DNA of 64,000 bases, from assembly GCF_009914755.1 (NCBI RefSeq), contig NC_060931.1; one strand, 5' to 3'. Origin of the DNA: the human T2T-CHM13v2.0 reference genome, Homo sapiens. The position numbers and the translations under genes are program-made. Shown here one piece after another: positions 1-17,442 of this stretch (positions are counted from its first letter, which is position 1; every line of letters begins with the position of its first letter). The notes under the pieces are model-generated. The model ran no database searches and was not told the origin of the DNA. It was given only the letters and a program-made list of their open reading frames with translations.

Positions 1-532
1 AGAATACAGTATTTTTGAGCTCTTTAAAAAAAAGTCTTCATAATAAAATTTAGTCAGCCAAGAAATTAAAAAATAAGCAACTTGTGAATTGAATGACCAT
101 GACAAAAGGCTAGTGATAGGACTATGATTGCAGAACAGAAAGAGAAGGTGGTCAACCTTAACAACATAAAACAACCTAGAAATAACTAGTTTCCAGAGCT
201 AAAGGGAGGGACTGTAGGAAGTAGAAGTGCTAATGCCCTTTATTAAGTCAATTAATCAGGTCTAAAATTGAAACGTGATTTTAAATATATAACTTCTTGT
301 TTATTTTCCTCCCTAACTACCTGAGGATCAACCACCATCATGAATGACACAGTAACTACCTGGACCAGGAAGTTCATGACCAATCGACCGCTCCAGAGGA
401 AACAAATGGTCACCAATGTCCTTCACCCCGGAAAGGCAACAAAATGTACAAGACCACAATGGATGTCATCTTCATATTAATAGTTGGACTCAGAACCCAT
501 TTTGGTGGTGGTTAAACAATCGTCACCCACAT

Positions 533-785
533 TGGAGTGCAGTGGTACGATCTCAGCTCACCAAATCTCTGCCTCCCAGGCTTAAGCAATTCTCCTGCCT
601 CAGCCTCCCCCGTAGCTGGGATTACAGGCACGCACCACTACTGCCTGGCTAATTTTTATATTTTTAGTAGAGATGGGGTTTCATCTTGTTGGCCAGGCTG
701 GTCTTGAACTCCTGACCTCAAATGATCCACCCGCCTTGGCCTCCCAAAGTGCTAAGATTACAGGCATGAGTCACCGCGCCCCGCC
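533..785 (-). mobile_element. Alu, lacking tail end
   Basis: Reverse-complement Alu motifs GGAGTGCAGTGG...CTCCCAAAGTGCTAAGATTACAGGC. Confidence 0.9.
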
Positions 786-1259
786 TTTTCTGTATTAAAT
801 TTTTTAAAACACAACATTTAAAATAATCAAGTCATTCTTTTTGAATCTACTTTGTATTATAGGTATCCAAATACTCACCTATTCTCTCTCACATGATGAC
901 AAACTCGTTGAAATGTCATTTCATTTTGTGGCTCCAGCCCCAGGGATTCTGACTCTCATTCTAAAGGGCCTGCATGCAGAGTGAGCAAGCCGCCTGGATG
1001 ATTCTCTTACAGGTGTTTTAAGGGCAGCAGTTTGAGACACCCTGATGCAAAAGAACGAACCCTCAAGGAAGTTGGCTGTACATGTATTTTCCTTCCTAGC
1101 ACAGGAAATGACAGAAAGATTATCCAATCAGTACCACTCATAGCACCTGATTATATGTGTATGAGGAATTCAGAAATGGTTTGATCAAGATTGAAGACCT
1201 AAAAAGAAGCTTTTCTCTCGGACACCAAGTCCCCATCTCATGCGTGGCTGAGTTAGTAG

Positions 1260-1690
<431 letters not shown>

Positions 1691-2675
1691 CCCTCACTTA
1701 CACTTTTACAGAAGATCTGATCATACCCACTCCGCAGAAGTCAGAATGGCCCCCACGTGGTGTTAAACGGGAGTGAAAACTTGAGTTCAATCAACTGAGG
1801 GTGACACAGAAACATTTCCCCCAAAACGCTTTTGGCAGCTCTGCTGATCCATAACCTGGCTCCATTTCAGGGCAAGACCTCCACTTAAGCTGCACTGGCT
1901 TCCACTAGAGTAAATCACATTAACTCATGGCAAACACAACTGAAGGGCAAAAAGATTCTTTTTAAAATGATTTTTGTCTCTCACTTACCAACACACGCTG
2001 GCCTCCCTACAGCCTGACTCCATTCAGCATCTGTTCCACTGAGCACCCACTGAAAGCTCAGCTCATGAGCTGAGATGACCCAGACATCAAGGAGTTTACA
2101 ATCCAGGGGAAGAACAGACCTGAATACAAGTGATGACAATACAAGACGGAGTCAAAGAGCCCAACTTGAAGTTTCAGCAGAATAGCACCAAAGACTAGTT
2201 CCCAACCCAGCTCCCAGAGCCAGAGCCAGAGCCAGGCTGGCTGCATGAGATCAGCTGGGAGCTTTCGCAAACCTAGGTCCTAGCTGAGCCCCTAATCATC
2301 AGACTGGCAGTCACTGGGAGTGAGCTCCAGGAACTGGTTTATTTAATAAGCACCCACACACACATGATTCTGATGTTCCTAAGGGTTGTAGAAACATGGA
2401 ACTATAGAAAATAATTTTTAAAAAGGCACTAAAAGAAACCTATAAATATTCACTACCATCCCAGGCATCATGAGGACACTCCACGTGCACTATTTACAAT
2501 ACTTAGAATAACCTGCAAGGGAAGCATTCATTCATGACGATGGGCTTTATTGGGATCAGAGCCAGCCCTGGGAATGTTTGAACCTGCGCTGAAAGGCACC
2601 CCCTCCTCCCCACAGGAGGGGGCTAACATTAAGGAGCAGGGGCCAGATGGGAAATGGAGTGTCCTTTTATTATGA

Positions 2676-2983
<308 letters not shown>

Positions 2984-3440
2984 TTAGACTTTCAAGTAAA
3001 GCCACAATGGACCACAGAGCTTAGACATCAGGGCTAACATGGAATCTCTGTCGTTAAATCTTGAGATCTTATTATCTTTGCTCAAAGAAAAAAATAATCA
3101 CAATTGACATTTTGAGGACAAGACATCTGAATGTAAACTTGATCTTAGAGGATATTAAGGAATTACTGGTAATTTGATTAGGTATGACAATGATCATATA
3201 AAAACTGCCCTCATGTTTTTAGAGGGAAAGTAAATTACGTAGGGGTGAATATCAGGATGCAATTACATAACTACTGTAAACTATTTTGTAAATACTTCAG
3301 AAAAACAAATGGAGTAAATATTGCAAATGTTAATAGTTTTTAAATCTATGTGATGGGTATATGATAGCTCATTAAACTAGTCTCTCTACTTTTATGTTTA
3401 TCGAAAAGTTTTCATAACAATAATAATAATAAAAAACCTT

Positions 3441-3743
3441 GGCCAGGCACAGCAGCTCATGCCTGTAATCTCAGCACTTTGGGAGGCCGAGGTGGATGGA
3501 GGACTGCTTGAGCCCAGGAGTTTGAGACCAGCCTAGGCAACATGGTGAAACCTCATCTCTACAAAAAATAGACAAATTAGTCAGGCATGGTGGTGTGCAC
3601 CTGCAGTCCCAGCTACTCAGGAGGCTGAGGTGGGAGGATCACCTGAGCCCAGAAGGTCAAGGCTGCAGTGAGCCAAGGTCACGCCACTGCACTCCAGCCT
3701 GGGCAACAGACCCTGTCTCAAACAAACAAACAAGCAAACAAAA
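3441..3743 (+). mobile_element. Alu (AluJ-like)
   Basis: GGCCAGGCACAGCAGCTCATGCCTGTAATC start, (CAAA)n tail. Confidence 0.95.
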
Positions 3744-4649
3744 ACCCTCTTGATCCCATTTCCCAAAAAAATGATTTTTTTGAGATCTTACCATCTCCTG
3801 GCTTGGTGCAGAGTACAGGAAATCAAGACAAAGTACAGCACACAAGGAATAAGGAGGGAGGGAAGCGTGGGGGAGGCTGACACTGTGGACTCTCCCAGCT
3901 CAGTCGACCCATGCGCCTTGCTTCATGGAAGAAAGGAATGGAAGATGAGTCATGCCTTCAGCACACAGTGACCTTCCTCACTAGTAAATGTGCCTCTAGA
4001 AGTGTCCAAGAACTCACTGCCAGAGCCAGGCTGGCTGCATTAGAATCACCTGAGAGCTTTTGCAAACATAGGCCCCTACTGGGTCCAAATGTATTCATCT
4101 CTTGGAGAGGAGGAGAGAGGCAGAACAAGGAAAAGGATGGGAAGAAACCAGCCTTGTGCACAGGAGGATGCTGGGATTCCTCCCGCAAGTTTAGCGCAAT
4201 GCAGCCTATTTTACAAGGTCACAGAAGCTCAGAGAGGTAAACCTGCCCAGGTTCTCCTAGCTTGTAACTGGCAAAACCCGCCCAAGTCTCTGTCTCTAGA
4301 GATATTTCCACTTGCTTCAACTCTGGAGCTGTCTTAGTTGTAAAGATGACAGATTCCACTCATCACTCACTTTTGTTTGCAGATATTGCCTAAGGTCCCT
4401 TGTGAATATTTAGGTCAGGGCTGTTTTTTTGAGTTTTTTGTTTGTTTGTTTGCTTCTTGTTTTTTTTACAAAGCAATCTTGTGGAAAGAACCCAAAGTGG
4501 CTCCCCCATTTAAGACCCTGTAAACAGGGAGACGAGAGTCCTGGTCTGGTTTCCACACATTCCTTAGATTTCCCTGTGTGTAAAATCCAACAACAATCTT
4601 TGACAAATTGCCTCCCCTAGGGGAGAGATGGAGGAAGTGTTAACTTTGC

Positions 4650-4967
4650 TTTTTTTTTTTTTTTTTTTTTTTTTTTCTTCTGTTTTCAGACAGAGCCTCG
4701 CTCTGTCGCCCAGGCTGGAGTGCGGTGGTGCCATCTCGGCTCACTGCAACTTCTGCCTCCTGAGCTCAAATGATTCTTGTGCCTCAGCCTCCTGAGTAGC
4801 TGGGACTACAGGCAGACGCCACCACACCTGGCTAATTTTTGTATTTTTAGTAGAGATGGGGTTTCACATATTGGCCAGGCTGGTATCGAACTCCTGGCCT
4901 CAAGTGATCCAACCCCCTAAGCCTCTCAAAGTGCTAGGACTACAGGCATGAGCCACCCTGCCCAGCC
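4650..4967 (-). mobile_element. Alu
   Basis: poly-T plus both arms. Confidence 0.95.
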
Positions 4968-5889
4968 AATTTGCTATTTTTTTTTTAATAGACAGCTTCG
5001 AGGTCCAGTATGATTTCACAGATTAGGAAACATCACAGACAAAGAAGAACACTTTGCATTCAAATAGCAGAATGTTTTCATTTTCAAAGAGCTCTCACCT
5101 GCCATCTAATCTTGTCTTCCTAGCAGTCCTGGGAGAGAAGCAGATGTGGTTTCCAATCCCACTTTCCAGAAGAGGAGACTGAGGCAGAGGCTTTGCAGAT
5201 ACACAGAGGACATGTGAGGACAGGTGAAGGTCATGATCATTGTCAGCCCCCTCCCCCAACTGGACATTCCCAGATCTGGTGGACTTCCAGCCAGTGGAGA
5301 CAGAAAGACTGGATCACTCAACTCTGCCATGGGTGCCAGGACCCAATTTTTCCCTTGCTAACTCGGTCACCTCCTGTCTGGGATCTCCAACTACTACCCA
5401 TCCCAGAAGTCTCAGCTAAAACAGCAATTCAACGGGGAACTTTTTTCTGAGGCTCCAGGATTGGGCCAGGCCCTCTCCATGGCTTTCTGCCCTTCCCCTA
5501 TTGCAGAACTTAGCACTTGTATGTCACTATTGGTTAAAACATGTGCCTTTCGTATGCTCTCCATGTTATCTGCAGCATCTGCCAAGAATAATAATGAATG
5601 GTAAAACCTAATCTCTATTGAGTGTCGATGATGCACTTTTAATGTGACATCTTATTTAATCCTCACTATATCTGCAAGAGTAGAAGCTATTAATAGCCAA
5701 TTTTCAGATAAGAAAATCAAAGCACAGTTTCTATAACTTACCCAAGCAGCTAGCTAGGAGGCAGCTCAATTTGAGCCCAGGGAATCAGATTCCAGAAACC
5801 ATGTTCTCAATTACTAGAGCAGATACCTCCCCAGAATCTAGTAGGTGGTTAATGAGTCTTTGTGGAATAAATGAACAGAAGGACAAGCA

Positions 5890-6315
5890 GTGGATGGATA
5901 CATGGGTGGGTGGGTGGATAGATTGGTGGATGGAAAGATGGGTGGGTGGGCAGGTGGATGAATGAATGAATGGTTGAGTCGGTGAAGGGATGGCTGAGTG
6001 GGTGGAGAAATGGATGAGTGGGTGAGGGGGTGGAGGGATAGATAAATGGATGCACGGGTAGGGGGATAGATGGGTAGCTGAGTGAATGGGTGGATAGATG
6101 CATGGGTGAGTGGATGGATAGATGGGTTGGTGGGTGGGTAGGTGGATGATAGCTGGGTGCATAAGAGAGTGGGTGGGATGGATAGATGGGTGGGTGGGTG
6201 GGTGGATAGATGGGTAGGTGGGTGGATGGATGGATGCATGGATGGATGGATGGATGGATGGATGGATGGATGGATGGATGGAATGGTGGATAGATGGACG
6301 GACAGATGAACAGAT
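5890..6315. repeat. (TGGA)n/(TGGG)n degenerate microsatellite
   Basis: GGAT/GGGT tetranucleotide run, nearly pure at about 6222-6280. Confidence 0.95.
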
Positions 6316-8174
6316 GGACTTGAGCATTTTTTCAGGGTCCTCCAAAGAACTGAGTGATTTCCTAGGGTGTGTCATCACCTGCAGGTGGGTGGGCAAGGGG
6401 GCTTGCCTCTGTAATACTCATGATTATGGGTAGTGCTCAGCCTTAGTCGCCACTCTCGGAACACTTTATTGGCTAGGAAAGTCAAAACTGGCATTGACAA
6501 CTAGTGCAAATTACAGCTATAACTAACAGAAGATGTTGAGTGATGACAGCTGGGCAACCAATAATCAATAACTTGGCTGTGTCATGTTGCTGCCATGCTA
6601 GACAGGTAGAGCCATGGGTTCTTTGATCCCTCCATCACATTGAGGATGCTTATCAAGACTTCCCCAATCATGGGGACAGGGATCTTATCAAATACTTGCA
6701 GTTCACCCCAAAAGGCTCACCCTCTTCGTTCCACCTGCACATGACCTTCAGCTCAAAGACATTTCCAGTCCTCCAGGTGAGCCCTTCTTCCAGCCTTTGA
6801 ATTAACCCTGATGTCTGCCTGCACATTAGGTATCTCACCTTTCATCACACAGGCTTTTCCAAGGCTTTCCTTCAGTCCAGCCCTCACTAAACGCTGGAAC
6901 TGTTGTTGACAAAATCCAGAACAAGCTGGCTGGGGGATACAGGTGGGAAGCAGGCTGTAGTAATGGGGAAAAATTCTAAGCAATCTCGAACACAGAAAAG
7001 AAACTGAACAGGTAAGAGAGAGGCACTCAAGAGAAGAAGTGTGAATTTTGCATAACTGAAGCTGAAGAAGAGCGGGGGGCATGGCAGACCACAAGATAAA
7101 TATGATATAGACTCCTTTTTAAAAAAGTATAAACACCCACCCTTTCCTACAGACAACTGTGCTTCAAATATTGCTAAGGTCTTTACTAAAGGCAAGTCAG
7201 AAAAACTGAGTATTTTATGCAACACAGTAAGAAGGCCCATAGGCAAGCATGGTCCTGACACCACCTTCTAGGATAACCCCTGGGATTCTGGCTACACCTG
7301 TCCTAAAATTGTCTCTCACTCCTGCTGTTGGAGAGCTACCATGAGAGAAGAACCATACTGAAGTGGTTAAGAGTGTGTACCCAGCGACCAGCCAGATCGC
7401 TTCAAACCATCACTATCTAATACTGAGCAAGTTACACAATGTTCCTGAGCCTCAACTTTCTCATCTGTAAAATGGGTATGCCGTCATTCATTAATCAAAT
7501 TCTAGGTAAGCATATACTAAACACCAGAGACACAAATGAGAATCACGAACAGGCATGGCCCTGGCCCTCACGGTGACCACAGTCTTGAAGGGGAAGGATG
7601 ACACGCACAGAAACAGGAAGCCGTAGCTGAGCTAGTGTCTACCACAGAGAGGCACCTGGTGTCATGAAAGCAGATAACAGGGGGTTGCTGTGACTGAGTC
7701 AGTGTGGCCAGGCGTCCCTGAGGATGTAGTGACTCCACTGTCAGATGAGACCGTGACCAGGTGAAGAGGCAGGGAGAGGGAAAATCTTTCCAGGAAGAAA
7801 GAGCAGGATATGCAAAGGCCCTGTGGCAGGAAAAGAGCAAAGGAAGTTCAAGAGCCTGAAAGAGGCCAGAGAGAACAAGTGAACATGTGGATAATCACAG
7901 CACCGACCTCATACAGGACTTGCAAGAAATCGAGACCCTCTCTGTAACAGATTCAGCAATGACTAAATAGAAACTATCTCCTAAAAGCACACGATGAGGC
8001 TCCTCGGTGGTATTTCCCATGTGAGGCTGCCATGGACTCAGAGGCCAAGTTCAACCTGCCTGTAGACAACCTCCAAGCCAGCTGGACACACATACACCCT
8101 CAGGCTCAGGATACCCAGGACAGAGTCCTAGATGCTTGAAGTCATGATAAGTATCCAGAATGACACAGAATTCC

Positions 8175-8478
<304 letters not shown>

Positions 8479-10770
8479 ATGACACAGAATTTGCTAAAGG
8501 GGGAGAAAAGGTTTTCTTCCAAAGCTGGGCCTGGTTTCTACAGAGTCTTTCAGATGAAAATTAAGCAACTCTTTGCAAGCAGCTCTTTGCAAGCACCTCA
8601 GAGGAGAACCCCTCATGATGGATCAGGCACACAGGCGGATCCAAGACAATAGGCTGCGTGCATGTGAACAAGCCTATGGTGGAAATGCAGTGCTTTATTT
8701 ATTTGGGGTGGTTTAATCACCAGGAGGGAGAAGCTTCCCAAGCAGCATTCAGAGGTGGCTGTTGCCTGGGTTTTCTGGAAGGGGGAGGCGGTGAGGATGA
8801 GGGCTTCCATTTCATCTGCAGTCCCCTTGCAGAAGGATCTGGGGAAAGCTTTGCAGCCATCTGCACACTGTTTGCCATCTTGTCTGGCTGGGCAGCCGAG
8901 CTCCAGATGGGGGCGGATGGGATAGCTCCTGCCACCGTATTTGGAGAGAGATGGCAGGGAAGTCAGACCCTATGAAGAAGACAGGAGCACACAGGTGCTG
9001 GACAGTGCTGCCTAGGCCCCTGGGGCTGAAGTGTCCTACCCCACAGTCTCTAGGTGCCACTAAAGTGGCCCGAGAGGATCTTCTCTGTCCATCTCCATCC
9101 TGGCACCTACAGACACTTGGAGAGTCCTTCACATGGGAACTCATAAATGCACACTCATAACCCCCACACGGAACTCTCATACATAGCAAGTGAAAAGACA
9201 GGATGCCAGTTAAACTTGAATTTCAGATAAACAACAAATCATTTTTTAGGGTAAGCAGGTCCCAAATATTGCATGGGATATATTTGCACCAAAAAAAAAA
9301 AAAAAAAAAAGGTTAATGAGAAATTCAGGTTTAATTGGACTTCCTGTATTTTACCTGGCAAGCCTAACCCTGCATAAACACAACCTCGAGCTTGAAACTC
9401 ACAGAGAAGCCACGGCCGTGCTCACACACGTGCACAAGCCCATATGCCTTACAGAGTCAAGGGCTGTGATGAGGGTTCCCACACTTGCACACTTCCCTGT
9501 CCTCTGTCTGGGCTCAGAGTAAACAGAGGGTCACCTGGCATCCAGGTCTAAGCTGGGCTTGGAGGTGTCCTAATGAAGCAGGATGCTGACCTGCACTTCC
9601 CCAGCTCAGCCGGGGCTGCAGCCAGGCCTAGCTTCCAGTCTCGGGCCTAGAACACACAGCACAGCCCCAGACCTTGGCAAGAAGTCTTCATCTCAAGGGC
9701 CACTGGCTCAGGACCTATTAGAAGCCCCACTTCTTTCCTCTGTTTCTGCTGCCATTGCCCTAGTCTCTGACCCTGACACTCAATCACTCTATAAACACAG
9801 CAGGTACTAGGGGTGGCTCTGGGCTTGGCACTAAAGACAATGCCCCTGGTAAAGCCACAGTCTAGCAATGACAGTCAACCACGTATCAGCAACAGCCCTG
9901 CCCTACACGTGCTGACTGCGCACAAGGCCGGCGCTGTGAACGTGCTCTCAACAGTGATCTCACTGAACCCTCATGGCAGCTCTAGGATGCAGACAGTAGC
10001 ATCACATTAACCCCATTTTACTTTTGAGGAAACTGAGGCCTGAAGAAGGCAAATGCAGGCCTCGAGATTTGCAGTAACATTGCCAGGATTGTTTGAGAAA
10101 GCAAACTTCTCCAGAGTGAGGCAGTCTGCCAGAGCTCAGAAGCCAGAGTCCCTGTTAGCAGGGGCTGGGGGGACTGTGGGGTGGGGGCAGACAAGCAGGT
10201 AGGGGCTGGACCCCCCAGGACACCAGGGTGCAGACTGGTGTGAGTAAAAGAAAGAGAGGCGGTCGTGCCATCATCTGCAGAAGATGATGTCTACACAGGA
10301 CAGTACCATGTGAGCCCTTGGGGAGCCGGATGACTGGATGGAATTTTGCACAGGATGCAAATTAAGCACAGATCCCCCTCTGACCTAGACAGCCCACCTC
10401 CAGGAACATCTCACAGAAATGCAGGCACAGAGCACCAAGTGATGTGTGTAAGGAAATCCATCAGAACACCGTCTGTGATTGGGAAAAGGCGGAAACCATC
10501 CAAAGACGTATCGGTGCAGGGCTGGTTAAACGAAGCGTGGTGCATCCACACGTCAGAATAACTGCTGGGAGAAGAAGGTGGTACCCAGGTTCCAACGTGA
10601 GACAATGTCAAAGACATGCTGCCTGAAAAGCAGGCTTTCCAAAGAATAAATATAGCATTATTCCATTTTTACTTTTTAAAAAAGGTTACAATAAACACAT
10701 ATGCAAATACATGTGCTTGTGTGCACAGAGGAAAAAGGTGTGGACAGGAACAGAAAACCAAACTCTGCGG

Positions 10771-11038
10771 GTTCTCACTCATAAGTGGGAGTTGAAAAAT
10801 GAGAACACATGGACACAGGGAGGGGAACATCACACACCGGGTCCCGTCGGGGGTGGGGAACAAGGGGTGGGAGAGCGTTAGGACAAATACCTAATGCATG
10901 CGGGGCTTAAAACCTAGATGACGGGTTGATGGGTGCAGCAAACCACCATGGCACATGTATACCTATGTAACAAACCTGCACATTCTGCACATGTATCTCA
11001 GAACGTAGAATAAAAAATAAAAAGAAATCAAAGAAAAA
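10771..11038 (+). mobile_element. L1PA 3' end fragment
   Basis: Primate L1 3'UTR: GTTCTCACTCATAAGTGGGAGTTGAA...CACATGTATACCTATGTAACAAACCTGCAC, then A-rich tail. Confidence 0.9.
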
Positions 11039-11143
11039 GGTGTGGAGAGGTATACCCCAACCCTTCCCAGTGTTACCTCTGAGAAGCAAGATCAAGAAAA
11101 GCAAATCAAGAGGATGTTTTGTTTTTTGTTTTCTACATAAATA

Positions 11144-11477
11144 TTTTTTTTTTGGAAACATAGTCTCGCTCTATTGCCCAGTCTGGAGTCCAGGGACACA
11201 ATCTCGGCTCACTGCAACCTCCTCCTCACTGCAACCTCCTCCTCACTGCAACCTGCTCCTCACTGCAACCTGCTGCTTCTGGGTTCCAGTGATTCTCTTG
11301 CCTCAGCCTCCCAAATAACTAGGATTACAGGTGCACACCACCAAGCCTGGCTAACTTTTGTATTTTTTGTAGAGACAGGGTTTCACTATTTTGGCCAAGC
11401 TGGTCTTGAACTCCTGGCCCACCCGCCTTGGCCTCCAAAAGTGCTGGGATTACAGGTGTGAGCCACCATGCCTGGCC
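11144..11477 (-). mobile_element. Alu with internal 17-bp tandem expansion
   Basis: Alu arms; CTCACTGCAACCT(C/G)CT(C/G) repeated four times at 11208-11275. Confidence 0.9.
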
Positions 11478-12082
11478 TGCATTGCTTGAATTCTCAGACC
11501 CTCTCATCTGGTCCAATTGCAAGAGTCCAAGGCAGGAAAGGCAGAAGGCAGGGGCTTACCCCTCCATCAGGACAACATAGGACAGAGTCAAAAAAGAAAA
11601 ACATGAATGGATCAGTCAAGAGGGCCGTGCACATGCCCTCCCAGGCACCTACACCTTGCAACTTAAGCCGACAAGCTTTCAAGCCACAGAGTCTTCCTTC
11701 CTAGAGACTAGCAAGGACACAAGCCCTGGCCAGTCCCCTCCAGGAGGATGGTCTGAGGGATAAGGTGGGGTGCACAGTCAGGGGTGGCAGGAGGAAAGGG
11801 GGACAAGAAGCCAAGGAAACCAGGGCACCCCATGCTTCCAGAAGGCAACTAGAACAGGGCGCCACACAGAGCCCCTGTGTACCTGTTTCTACAACAGCCT
11901 GAACACAAGGAAAAGGAAAGCAAGGAAAATACACAAAGCCCAGCCTCACCTGGAGCAGGTTAAATAAAGGTGTGTGACTTCATGTCCTTTGGAATTGGAA
12001 ATCCAAGCTTCCTCTTCTGTGCCTTTAAGGTCCTGGCTACTGCCCCACAGCTCCCTTCTCTTCCCTCCTCCTCTTGTCCTGA

Positions 12083-12598
<516 letters not shown>

Positions 12599-13384
12599 TA
12601 AGCTAAGGCAGGAGCCCTGTGCTGCACTGTGGGTAACCTGCCCCCTTCCAGCTGGGGCCAAATAGAAGGGGGAAAGGCTGCCCCCAGAATACAGGGCTCT
12701 CAGAGGCCCTGGGGATCTGTGCTGGCAGTCAGGAGGACTGTCACCTCAGTGCAGTTGCCTGCAAGGAGGGCTGTGTAGGAAGCTGCATGTTGCTCAGAGA
12801 ACAAAAAAAGGAAATTAAATGCACCATCTGGTTATTAGCAAGAGCTTTTGAGACAGACACTTAAATATGCATGCCTAGACATTATAAAACTTGGGGGAAA
12901 TGTTAATTTCAATAATGCCACTTCTTGTGCTTGCAGAAACCATTCTTTTTTCTCCCTTCCTAGTAATTTGGGGGCTCCATCCCTCAGAGTGGCAGCGCCA
13001 AGACAGCCGGCCTCACTGGGTTTTGTAAGCTGTGTAAGGTGAGATCCCAAGCCCTTGCCTGGAGACCCATCTTAGGAAAATGTTAGAACAGGGCAACAAG
13101 TTGCCATTTCCTCCCTCCTTTCTCTTCCCCATACAAAAATCAGAAAGCACACTAGCCCAGTGCCCAGCCACAGTGGTGAGGAAACCCCACTCAAAATCCT
13201 GGGTTGTGCCCCTGATGCCAAAGATCTGCAAAATTGGGACTCACCTGCTGCAACCCTAGCCCAGACTTGTGTACATTTCAGGGGTGGCTGGACTCATGGC
13301 TGCCTGGGACGTCAGGGTGGTACAAAGTACTCTTAATCTAAGACTGTCGGGGTACAAAGATAAGCATTTTTTTCCCTTTTCTTG

Positions 13385-13570
13385 AGAGCCAGATGGTAAA
13401 TAGTTCAGCTTTGCAGGCCATAGGTCTCTGTCCCAACTATTCAACTCTCTATTGTAGCAGGAAAGCAGCCACAGACAATATGCACTGAAATGGGTGTGGC
13501 TGTATTCCAATAAAACTTTATTTGTGTGAACAGGCAGGGGGCTGGTTGTGGCGTGTGGGCTACAGCCTGC
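13385..13570. mobile_element. MER58-like hAT DNA transposon relic
   Basis: GTAAATAGTTCAGCTTTGCAGGCCATAGGTCTCTGTC...GGCTGTATTCCAATAAAACTTTATTT resembles MER58. Confidence 0.7.
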
Positions 13571-13974
13571 CTCCTCTGCTACAGCATGATCTCCAAGGAC
13601 CGATCCATCTTGTAGACCAGCAGCTGGCACACAGGAGCTGCTCAGATACTTGAAGGAGGAATGGAGAAGGCAAGCAGCCCCCAGTGTGCAGACGTGAGGG
13701 TCTCCCAGCAGCACCATCCTTTGCCATCTCATGCCGAGGGACAAAGCCAGAGCAGGGCTCTCCACCAAGGCTGGGCTCTCCTCCAAGGAAATGTGATAAC
13801 AAGACAGAAAGCACTGTGGAAGGATAGGGGCTTTGGAGTCCCACAAACCACAGTTTGCAAGACCAGGAGCATCCTGCACTTCCTTGCACACATCCTGGGT
13901 GGGTGCCGGAGCATCTAGACTTAGAGTGAATCTTTTCCCCCTCCTCCCCCAACTGGTCTCCATTACACTTCCAG

Positions 13975-15156
<1,182 letters not shown>

Positions 15157-15374
15157 CAGAATATAAAAGATTGTTTAATTCAACTAAAACATTAAAACAT
15201 AGATTATTTCTATAAGTGGTAATTGTTCTAACATGTTTTGGTCAAAATAGTCTCCTTACTCATCCACAATTAAGTGGTTAACTGACATTTGATTGGATTT
15301 TGATAAAGTTTTCAAATCATGATTGACTTTTCCAATGTGTTTGAAAATATTTCATAAAAATTAATATTTAAAAA

Positions 15375-15582
15375 TGGTCAGGCATGGTGGCTCATGCCTG
15401 TAATCCCAGCACTTTGGGAAGCCAAGGTGGGCCGATCACTTGAGGTCAGGAGTTTGAAAGCAGCCTGGCCAAACCTCATCTCCACTAAAAATACAAAAGT
15501 TAGTCAGGCATGGTGGCACGCACCTGCATTCCCAGCTACTTGGGAGGCTGAGGGAGGAGAATCCTTTGAACATGGGAGGTGG
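15375..15582 (+). mobile_element. Alu, truncated in right arm
   Basis: Left arm and part of right arm. Confidence 0.85.
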
Positions 15583-16923
15583 GTTCCCCAGGCTTAGAGC
15601 AAAACCCCCATCTTGTCCGTCTCCACTCTCATCCCAGGCAATCACGGTCATTTCCACAGCCTCAACCACTGTCTACCTGGGATGCCTCCCAAGCCCAAGT
15701 CTCCAGCCCAAACCTGCCTTCCTAGCCCCAGACCCATCTGTCCTGGCACACGTTGCCCCCTGGGTCCCAAGCAACCTCAGCCAATGAGTCCAACGTCAAC
15801 TTCCTGTCCTTGCCTGACACTGTCAGCCCTGAGATCAGACTTGACCATTCACCTCCAGTACCTGATAGGTCCGTCAGTCCTTTGGAACATATCCCACGAA
15901 TATTCCCTAAACCAGGCACCGGACTCCACACATCAACACCGTCATGTGAGTCACCAGCATCCCTGGCAGGGACCCCTGTCCCAGCCTCCAACTCATCTCC
16001 TTCCTGTCCCTTGAGTTCTGTGTCACATTCCAGAGGCCACAAGAAGAAAAATGACAACCTTAATGAAATTAAAAGAATTGAGAAGACATTTCCCTATGGT
16101 CCAAAGTCTTTCCAACTGAGAAACACATATCAAGATCCGGCCTGCCAACCCTGCGGTTAAATGTTCCTGAAATAATTAAAGCCCAGGGCAACACAGCCCG
16201 CACTCCACAAGTACTCCCAGCACAGTAAGACTTGCTTCTCTGGAGGGGCTTGAAATGTCCAGTGTGTACCCTGCCCCTCTCTGTCGTAGCTAACAGGAAT
16301 GTGCTTCATGTCTTCTTCCTGCTCAAAGGACTGTCCACCAACATGCGCAGGTAGCACTTTCGGCCAGGGGGGGATGCGAGAACTTCCCACCATTTCCCAC
16401 TTACGCACTGCATTCCTCAGGAGCCTGCCTCACAAATTACAAGAGCGCCACGGCAGACACACCACGTTCCAGTGGGTGGCCATGTCTTCATGTCAGCTTG
16501 AAAGATCGTCACCAGGGAAATATCTATATCTCGGCAGAGAAAGCTTCAGCCTGTGTAGTCCAGCTGTGCTCAAATGGAAATCCAGAAACCCAGATGTTGG
16601 TCCAAACACCCTGTCTCGGACAGCCAGCTCTGCAGGTCCCCAGCGTGGGAGTGAACTGGGTGGGCCACCTACCCTGCCTGCCCACATCCCTGCTTCCTGG
16701 AATCCTGGACCCTGAGAACCAGGGGGATGTGGTGGGGAACAGGCAAGTCTTGTGCAGAAAGCCAAGATGCCACCCAAATCCACTCTGCAGTCTAGGTGGG
16801 TGATATTCTGGTCTGCACCACACCAGTGCATGAGGGGATGGAGGATGGAGTCTAGACAAGCCAAATGTAAAAAGATATTGCCCAAGTATTTTGTGCTTTG
16901 TCTGTGTTACAATGCTATGCCCA

Positions 16924-17228
<305 letters not shown>

Positions 17229-17442
17229 GCTATGCCCAGCATTTTCCATGTACTGTCTTATTATCTCAGTAAATCCCATATAACCTTCCTATGAAAGTGT
17301 ATCTCATTTATCTCCATTTTATAGATGAGAAAACTGAGGTCCCTGGAGTAGTATTAATTTTCCAAGACCGCATTGCTCATAAAGGGTACAGCAGGGACCC
17401 AAGCTCGACACTCTCACCCTCAAACATTTCCACAAATGTAGA

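Noticed and set aside
5785-6433. His/Pro-rich and Trp/Met-rich ORFs up to 203 aa
   Set aside because: Translations of the (TGGA)n microsatellite
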